A model generated the notes under the pieces. The model was not told the DNA's origin. It worked only from the letters and a program-made list of their open reading frames with translations, and made no database searches. The translations under genes were made by a program, and so were the position numbers. This document shows positions 58,007 through 64,000 of a stretch of 64,000 bases of DNA, piece by piece (the stretch's first letter is position 1; the number at the start of each line of letters is the position of its first letter). The stretch comes from Candidatus Eutrophovita brisbanensis (lineage in GTDB: Bacteria; Pseudomonadota; Gammaproteobacteria; Burkholderiales; Eutrophovitaceae): contig JAYQTM010000001.1 in NCBI GenBank assembly GCA_038147395.1, positions 513,437 to 577,436 on the forward strand. The letters are read 5' to 3'.

Positions 58007-58614
58007 TTCTTATCCTGCCGCGAAATCTCAAGATACATTCGATGTAGTTTTTTCACCTGCTCTATGAGACTTTGTTTGTCGGCATTATTGGTGATCATGT
58101 CTTCAGCGATTAATTTCCGTTCCTCTCGGGAAGCTTGGGTATCAATTATTTTCATGATCATATCTTTGTTGAGGTTACTTCTCTGGCTTACTCTTTCGAT
58201 CTGTAGTTGCTCATCACAATCAACGACAAGGATCCGATTAATGAACGGGTAAGCCCCCTTCTCTGTTAACAGCGGAATTACCACTACTGCATAAGAGTCA
58301 ATGTGGTCTTTTAATGCGAGTACGACCATATCTCTAATTTTTGGGTGAAGTATTTTTTCTAATTTTTCTTTTGCACTGATGTCATTGAAGACCAGGTCTC
58401 GGAGGACACTTCGGTTGATTAGCCCATCCTCTAATATTTCTTTCCCTAGAACCCGCTGTATTTCTTTTATGGTCGACGAATCATGGTTTGTAAGCTCACG
58501 AGATATCACGTCTGTGTCGATTACGTGTGCTCCTAGAGTCGCGAATGTATCAGACACGAGGGTTTTACCTGATCCAATACCACCAGTCAGTCCTACGATC
58601 AGCCGGTCAGACAC
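58003..58614 (-). CDS. coaE: dephospho-CoA kinase
   Basis: 203 aa with the P-loop [11 protein letters not shown], adjacent to yacG as in many proteobacteria. Confidence 0.92.
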   Translation of the reverse strand: MSDRLIVGLTGGIGSGKTLVSDTFATLGAHVIDTDVISRELTNHDSSTIKEIQRVLGKEILEDGLINRSVLRDLVFNDISAKEKLEKILHPKIRDMVVLALKDHIDSYAVVVIPLLTEKGAYPFINRILVVDCDEQLQIERVSQRSNLNKDMIMKIIDTQASREERKLIAEDMITNNADKQSLIEQVKKLHRMYLEISRQDKN

Positions 58615-58615
58615 G

Positions 58616-59887
58616 TCAGTTAGATATTTTTGACGTGAGTTTCACGGATTTCACTGATTTATCTTTCGTCTGAAGAATTTCCATATAGTAACCATCAATT
58701 TGTATCGAAATTCCTGTTTCTGGAATTTGTTGCAAGTGTTCCAAAATTAACCCATTAAGCGTTTTTGGGCCCTCGAGATTTAAATTAAGTTTGAAATCTC
58801 GATTGATTTCCCTTAGCGTCATCGATCCATCAAGTACGAGACTTCCGTCATTTAATACTTTCCCCGACGCACTTAATATCGGTGATTGCGTCGTGAACTC
58901 TCCGACAATTTCCTCGATGATATCCTCTATCGTTATCATGCCCATGAGAGTGCCATACTCATCCACGATATACGCCATTCGCTCTTGACGTTCTTGGAAA
59001 TTTTGCAGTTGGGCCAATAGCTTTGTGTCCTTTGGAATAAAGTATGGATCTTTTAGTACCTGCTGTATTGATTCTCCCGAAATCTCGTTGTCCTCTGAGA
59101 CATTTAGTAGTTTTCTGATATGTATGATGCCCTCAAGATAATCTATGCTCTCCCTAAACGCTGGTAACCTGGTGTGGTTTGAGGTCAAGATCTCATTTTT
59201 AAGGTGTTCATCAGAAGCATTGAGATCAATACCTTCAATCTTGTTCCTGGGAATCATGATGTCTTCGACTGTGATTGCTTGTAAGTCAAATAAATTTGCC
59301 AGCATGGATTGGTGTTTGTGTGGCAAGTAATTCCCGCCTTCCAATACGAGTGTGCGAAGCTCTTCTTGGGTCAATTGCGATGCTTGGGCGCCTGTTTTTG
59401 TTTTGATTCGGAATGTAAAAAGTATACCGTTAACAATCGTGTTGGCGATTACTACGAAGGGATGCATAAGTCGCATCATTGGCTCGAGGATGTAACTAGC
59501 CGGAAGTGCAATTTTTTCCGGGTAGCTCGCTCCAATTATTTTTGGAGTGATTTCACTAAAGATTAGCAAAGCGGTTGTGACCACGAGTGTCGCGATTGTT
59601 AAGGAAAGTTCGTTTTCGCCGAACAACTTAAAGGCTATAGTCGTGACGAGTGCCGCTGCTGCGGTATTGGATAAATTATTACCGAGCAGTATTGTTCCCA
59701 ACAGTCGGTCAATTTGACCGAGAAGCCCCAGAGTTTTTCTGGCGCCTTTGTGGTTATTTTTAGCCATGTGTTTAAGTTGATATTTATTTAATGCCATCAT
59801 GCTCGTCTCGGATATCGAAAAAAATGCAGAAATTCCGATGAGGATTAAGAATATGATGAGCAGTGTCTGTACAGAGACGTTTTCCAT
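58616..59887 (-). CDS. yfjD: CNNM/HlyC-CorC family membrane protein (DUF21, CBS pair, CorC_HlyC)
   Basis: 423 aa with an N-terminal multi-TM DUF21, a CBS pair and a C-terminal transporter-associated domain. Its position next to ypjD/ffh matches E. coli yfjD. Confidence 0.85.
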   Translation of the reverse strand: MENVSVQTLLIIFLILIGISAFFSISETSMMALNKYQLKHMAKNNHKGARKTLGLLGQIDRLLGTILLGNNLSNTAAAALVTTIAFKLFGENELSLTIATLVVTTALLIFSEITPKIIGASYPEKIALPASYILEPMMRLMHPFVVIANTIVNGILFTFRIKTKTGAQASQLTQEELRTLVLEGGNYLPHKHQSMLANLFDLQAITVEDIMIPRNKIEGIDLNASDEHLKNEILTSNHTRLPAFRESIDYLEGIIHIRKLLNVSEDNEISGESIQQVLKDPYFIPKDTKLLAQLQNFQERQERMAYIVDEYGTLMGMITIEDIIEEIVGEFTTQSPILSASGKVLNDGSLVLDGSMTLREINRDFKLNLNLEGPKTLNGLILEHLQQIPETGISIQIDGYYMEILQTKDKSVKSVKLTSKISN

Positions 59888-59942
59888 AACTTGATTTGTG
59901 TGTTTGCCTGAGAGTGGTAAGTATTATTGCGACTTAACGTCC

Positions 59943-59982
59943 ATAGACGTTTAATCTTGGGGATAGACGTTTAATATTGGGG
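59943..59982. repeat. 20-bp tandem duplication (ATAGACGTTTAATCTTGGGG / ATAGACGTTTAATATTGGGG)
   Basis: There are two adjacent copies with 19 of 20 bases identical. The second copy contains the last codons and the stop of the minus-strand ORF 59971-60849. Confidence 0.9.
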
Positions 59983-60849
59983 ATGGTGCAGAATGATTTC
60001 TGCTACAAACCTCGAGCCAAAGTATGCGAGCACCAGAAGCGTAAAGCTTGCGATGTACAGTTTTCTGGTTGTTTTTCCTCTCCAGCCTTTTATGTAGTGA
60101 CCCGACAAAAGAAACCCCAATGTTATCCAAGAGCAAAGACTGAATACTGTCTTATGAGTGATCGGGAACAAGACGTTTTGTATTTCTGATGATGCGAGAC
60201 AACCGGTGAACAGTGCGAGGGAGAGTGCGACGAACCCACACCAAATTATCGTGATTAACAGTTTCTCCAGGCTCAATAGCGGGGGCAAGTGTTCTATAAA
60301 AACGGAGAGTTTGTGTTCGTGGAGTTTTTTTTCGACAAAACCCAAAAGCACGGTATGTAGAAGGGCAACCAAGAGGATGCTGTAAGCGACTACCGACAAT
60401 GTCAAATGGATTTGAAAAACGAATAGCTCCGAATTCGGGATTTGAACTGTCGCAGGGTCGACTATTGGGAGAATTGAGAAAAATGCTCCGAAAGGCAACG
60501 AAAACGCTGGCAGTGAGCTCCAGCTTGAGTAGAGGCTATTGCATGCATAGATGAGGCAAGTAATAGCTGCGATGAGCGAGGCTACATTACCCAAACCTAG
60601 ATGCAGTTGTCCGGTCCCAATAGCCTGCTGATGAGTCAGCAAAAGGTGCAAGCCGATCGGTATCAATGAGATCGTCGAGAGGCGACGAAGAACGATAGTT
60701 GGGCTTTCCGATGCGCTTGTCGCCCGGGATAACTCTTTCCACGTCAACGCTCCCAGAATCACGTACGAGAGGCTAACGGATATATGAAGTAGAATCAGGA
60801 CCATATTTATGTTTGAATCGTAACAGAAATCGCGAATCAATAGGCTCAC
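59971..60849 (-). CDS. ypjD: inner-membrane protein of the cytochrome c assembly (CcsA-like) family, YpjD-like
   Basis: It is a polytopic membrane ORF divergent from ffh, which is the conserved ypjD position. The start is uncertain (60849 or 60804). Confidence 0.7.
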   Translation of the reverse strand: MSLLIRDFCYDSNINMVLILLHISVSLSYVILGALTWKELSRATSASESPTIVLRRLSTISLIPIGLHLLLTHQQAIGTGQLHLGLGNVASLIAAITCLIYACNSLYSSWSSLPAFSLPFGAFFSILPIVDPATVQIPNSELFVFQIHLTLSVVAYSILLVALLHTVLLGFVEKKLHEHKLSVFIEHLPPLLSLEKLLITIIWCGFVALSLALFTGCLASSEIQNVLFPITHKTVFSLCSWITLGFLLSGHYIKGWRGKTTRKLYIASFTLLVLAYFGSRFVAEIILHHPQY

Positions 60850-60875
60850 GTATCGTTTAACGACTGTAACTTGTA

Positions 60876-62222
60876 ATGCTAGAGAATTTAACCGACCGTC
60901 TCGGTCGTGTTGTCAAGACACTCAGGGGGCACGCGCGGCTCACTGATGATAATGTGAAAGACGCTCTGAGGGAGATCAGGATCGCGCTTCTTGAAGCAGA
61001 TGTGGCCCTGCCAGTTGCGAAGCGATTCATTGAACAGGTCAGAGAAAAAGCATTAGGTCAGGAGGTTTTGGGTAGTCTCACTCCTGGCCAAGCGCTGGTG
61101 GGTGTTGTCAGGGATGAATTAGTCCACTTGATGGGCCCAACAGAAGATCTCAATTTGAAAAATACGCCTCCCACGGTTGTCTTGATGGCTGGCTTACAGG
61201 GAGTTGGAAAAACAACCACTTGTGGGAAATTGGGGCTTCGATTAACGCGAGAGAAAAAGCGTGTTTTGATGGTCAGTTGTGATGTGAGAAGACCAGCTGC
61301 CCGCGCTCAACTTGCTGCAATCGGTCGTCAAACTGATGTTGATGTTTACGGAGCTGACGACAGTGCGTCGGCGGATGAACTTGCAGCGGCAGCTCTCGAG
61401 CATGCAAAGAAACGTTTTTACGATGTGCTTCTGGTCGATACCGCTGGGCGCTTGTCAATTGATCAGGAGATGATGAATGAAATTCAGTCACTTCACGAGA
61501 TTCTGACTCCTGCAGAGATTTTGTTTGTGGTCGATGCGATGCAAGGTCAGGATGCGGTAAACGTTGCGCAGGTTTTCTCAAATACGATTCCGCTCACGGG
61601 TGTTGTGCTGACGAAACTCGACGGAGACTCCCGGGGCGGTGCCGCGTTGACTGTCAGAACCGTCACTGGCTCGCCGATTAAATTTATTGGCACGGGCGAG
61701 AAGATGTCTGGGTTGGATGTTTTTCACCCAGAAAGACTGGCATCCCGCATTCTCGGTATGGGAGATATCCTTTCGTTAGTTGAGGATGCGCGTCAATCAG
61801 TTGATGAGGAACAAGCAAAGAAACTTACAAAAAAAATAAAAAGTGGCAAGGGATTTGATCTGCAGGATTTCAGGGAGCAAATGGCCCAGATGCAAAGCAT
61901 GGGCGGGATGGATAAGCTTCTCGAAAAATTGCCTGCCAGTATTGCGAGTGCGGCTAAGGCGGTTCCCCAAGATGATCGGATGGTTGGTCGAACGATAGGG
62001 ATCATCGATTCCATGACGCCGCGTGAGAGAATGAAGCCTGAAATAATAAAGGCCTCGAGAAAGCGGAGAATTGCCCAGGGTGCGGGTGTTTCAGTTCAAG
62101 AGGTCAATCGACTGTTGAATCAATTCGGTCAAATGCAAAAAATGATGAAGATGATGGGTAAGGGGAACGGACTCGCGAAAATGATGTCCGGTATGAAAGG
62201 AATGTTCGGAGGAATGAGATGA
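60876..62222 (+). CDS. ffh: signal recognition particle protein Ffh
   Basis: It has the N-terminus MLENLTDRLGRVVKTLRG, the GTPase motifs GLQGVGKTTT, DTAGR and TKLD, and a Met-rich M domain. Confidence 0.97.
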   Translation: MLENLTDRLGRVVKTLRGHARLTDDNVKDALREIRIALLEADVALPVAKRFIEQVREKALGQEVLGSLTPGQALVGVVRDELVHLMGPTEDLNLKNTPPTVVLMAGLQGVGKTTTCGKLGLRLTREKKRVLMVSCDVRRPAARAQLAAIGRQTDVDVYGADDSASADELAAAALEHAKKRFYDVLLVDTAGRLSIDQEMMNEIQSLHEILTPAEILFVVDAMQGQDAVNVAQVFSNTIPLTGVVLTKLDGDSRGGAALTVRTVTGSPIKFIGTGEKMSGLDVFHPERLASRILGMGDILSLVEDARQSVDEEQAKKLTKKIKSGKGFDLQDFREQMAQMQSMGGMDKLLEKLPASIASAAKAVPQDDRMVGRTIGIIDSMTPRERMKPEIIKASRKRRIAQGAGVSVQEVNRLLNQFGQMQKMMKMMGKGNGLAKMMSGMKGMFGGMR

Positions 62223-63043
62223 ATTGGTTGTCGGTTATCTTTGACGCGCTCTACTTGCGGCGGGTTAACTACAAGGTTTTTGTCGCAATGTGTTGCGTAT
62301 TCTTCAGTCTAACTGGTTTTTCTTATGCCATTGAGTATGAAGCCAAGGCTGATTATGACCGAGAAAAAAATTGGGCTGATCAAATTCTTCCTGGAATCAT
62401 AGTGGGCGATCCAATTTGGATCGAGCAGTCCAATGGACACAAATTCTTGGGTATTTACACGGAAGCTGAAAAACCTAGAGGTGCGGTGATTGTTGCTCAC
62501 GGCAGAGGGTGGAACCCGGATTTCGAATTGTACGGAATGCTTCGAGTGTTACTGGCGGAAGCCGGTTACAGTACCTTATCGATTCAGTTACCTATATTGG
62601 GTGGCGGCGCGAAAGTTGGGGACTACATTCCCACCTACCCAGAGGCGTTTCACCGGTTTGACCGAGCCGCAGAGGTGTTGCATGAAATGGGCCATACCGA
62701 TATCTCGATTGTGTCGCATAGCCTGGGCGCGACCATGGCGAACCACTATCTGATTACTGTCGATGAAACACTCGTGAATTCATGGGTCTTTATCAGTATT
62801 TTGAATGGTTTGCAGGAGATGTTCCGAATTAAAATTCCCGTGATGGACGTTTACGCCTCTGATGATTGGGAAATTACGGTTGTGGGCGGATATGAGAGGA
62901 AGCAGCAAATCATGAAAGTGCCAGGCTCTCGGCAAGTTATTATCCCCAATGCGTTACATTTTTTCGAACGACGAGAGGAGTCCCTCGTCCAGTCGATTGT
63001 CGAGTTTTTGGATTCTATCTATCATGGGGCACAAGATTCTTAG
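62219..63043 (+). CDS. alpha/beta-hydrolase-fold protein (possibly DUF3530-like), membrane- or signal-anchored
   Basis: 274 aa with the nucleophile-elbow-like VSHSLGA and an N-terminal hydrophobic segment. An ATGA overlap joins it to ffh. Confidence 0.65.
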   Translation: MNWLSVIFDALYLRRVNYKVFVAMCCVFFSLTGFSYAIEYEAKADYDREKNWADQILPGIIVGDPIWIEQSNGHKFLGIYTEAEKPRGAVIVAHGRGWNPDFELYGMLRVLLAEAGYSTLSIQLPILGGGAKVGDYIPTYPEAFHRFDRAAEVLHEMGHTDISIVSHSLGATMANHYLITVDETLVNSWVFISILNGLQEMFRIKIPVMDVYASDDWEITVVGGYERKQQIMKVPGSRQVIIPNALHFFERREESLVQSIVEFLDSIYHGAQDS

Positions 63044-63171
63044 AGCCGTTAACGTCGGGTTTAACGCTGAATATTGCGTTTTGATCAAAAAAACAGGTAA
63101 AATATCGGCTAAGCTCAAGTTGTATGTCGCAATGTGATTTGCAACCAATAAATATGTGGGATTAACAAGTT

Positions 63172-63426
63172 ATGGTAGTGATTAGATTATCTCGTAGTGG
63201 GGCAAAACGACGTCCTTTCTACAACATGGTTGTGGCAGACTCCAGAAATGCGCGTGACGGAAGGTTTATAGAGCGCGTTGGGTTTTATGACCCCCAAGCT
63301 CCTGAGGGCGCAGAGGGCCTCAGAATCGATTCTGAGCGCGTCAATTTTTGGCAACAAAAAGGTGCGCAACTTTCCGATACCGTAGCGAGATTAGTCAAGC
63401 AATTTGCCAAGTCAAAGGCAGCCTAA
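63172..63426 (+). CDS. rpsP: 30S ribosomal protein S16
   Basis: The sequence begins [41 protein letters not shown] and is 84 aa. Confidence 0.97.
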   Translation: MVVIRLSRSGAKRRPFYNMVVADSRNARDGRFIERVGFYDPQAPEGAEGLRIDSERVNFWQQKGAQLSDTVARLVKQFAKSKAA

Positions 63427-63928
63427 AGAATTGATTGTCATGGGGCGAATCTCTGCCCCCTATGGAGTTAAAGGATGGGCGCGGGTAAACGCTTACACCG
63501 CTCAACCGACCAATCTGGCCAGCTACCCGACCTGGTATCTCTCCGTAAAAAAAGTGCATCACGAAGTCGCAGTCGAGCAGACTCGCGTCAATGGAGATGT
63601 ATTGTTTGCGAAACTTACAGGACTTGAAAATCGCGAAGAAATCGCGAAGTTTCGGGGGGCCGACATTTTGGTAGACCTCGGCTCGATGCCGGTCTTGGCA
63701 AGCAATGAATATTACTGGCATGAACTTGAAGGTTGTGTGGTGGAAGACAAAGAGGGTAAGCGCCTCGGAACTCTTAGTCATTTATTCGAAGCTGGTGCGC
63801 AACCAACGATGGTGGTTACCTGCCCTGGTGAGGAAAGCTTGATACCTTGGGTCAGTCATATCGTGTTGAGTGTAGATCTGCCAAATCGTACGATTTCTGT
63901 CGATTGGGACCCTGAGTATTTAAAGTAG
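63404..63928 (+). CDS. rimM: ribosome maturation factor RimM
   Basis: It has [17 protein letters not shown] and a C-terminal PRC barrel ending VDWDPEYL. The TTG 63404 start keeps the conserved IV.G block; alternative starts are 63431 and 63440. Confidence 0.9.
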   Translation: MPSQRQPKELIVMGRISAPYGVKGWARVNAYTAQPTNLASYPTWYLSVKKVHHEVAVEQTRVNGDVLFAKLTGLENREEIAKFRGADILVDLGSMPVLASNEYYWHELEGCVVEDKEGKRLGTLSHLFEAGAQPTMVVTCPGEESLIPWVSHIVLSVDLPNRTISVDWDPEYLK

Positions 63929-63941
63929 GGGCCGTGCTGAT

Positions 63942-64000
63942 ATGAAATATTTTGATGTCATCACGCTTTTCCCTGAAATGTTTTCCGCACTGACAGATTT
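63942..64000 (+). CDS. trmD: tRNA (guanine37-N1)-methyltransferase TrmD, 3'-truncated by the window edge
   Basis: MKYFDVITLFPEMFSALTD is the canonical TrmD N-terminus, and the rpsP-rimM-trmD order is conserved. Confidence 0.85.
   Translation, partial: MKYFDVITLFPEMFSALTD

Noticed and set aside
59943-59982. Possible CRISPR or other repeat array.
   Set aside because: There are only two directly abutting 20-bp copies, with no spacers and no cas genes in the window.

Overview
This window looks like a core chromosomal segment of a moderate-GC gammaproteobacterium; gene order resembles Pseudomonas. All family calls come from motifs and alignments recalled by eye, since no searches were run. The centre is a complete division/cell-wall (dcw) cluster: mraZ-rsmH-ftsL-ftsI-murE-murF-mraY-murD-ftsW-murG-murC-murB-ddl-ftsQ-ftsA-ftsZ-lpxC. 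An RNase P RNA gene (rnpB) sits directly upstream of it. Downstream come a DUF721/DciA-like gene, secA, argJ, a MutT-ThiE-like fusion, yacG, coaE, ffh, rpsP, rimM and the start of trmD. The left third carries housekeeping genes (pepN, ettA, glnS, birA, coaX, the yejABEF peptide ABC transporter, heptose genes, rsmI, pyrC) mixed with accessory-looking modules. One module is a GntR regulator, an EctD-like dioxygenase and a SAF-domain dehydrogenase. Another is a tight four-enzyme operon (ThDP enzyme, SAM methyltransferase, TauD dioxygenase, HpcH aldolase) with no pathway I can assign. I found no rRNA, tRNA, CRISPR array, transposase, integrase, prophage or recognisable defence or toxin-antitoxin genes. 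The main oddities are four clear single-base frame disruptions (coaX, yejF, murE, mraY) plus one possible fifth, all at short homopolymers or short A-runs. These most likely reflect sequence errors. Other oddities are an ettA gene whose conserved N-terminus starts at an ATC codon, phased GTGGG boxes at the mra promoter, a 30-bp perfect palindrome upstream of glnS, and a Cys-rich 39-codon ORF absent from the ORF track.
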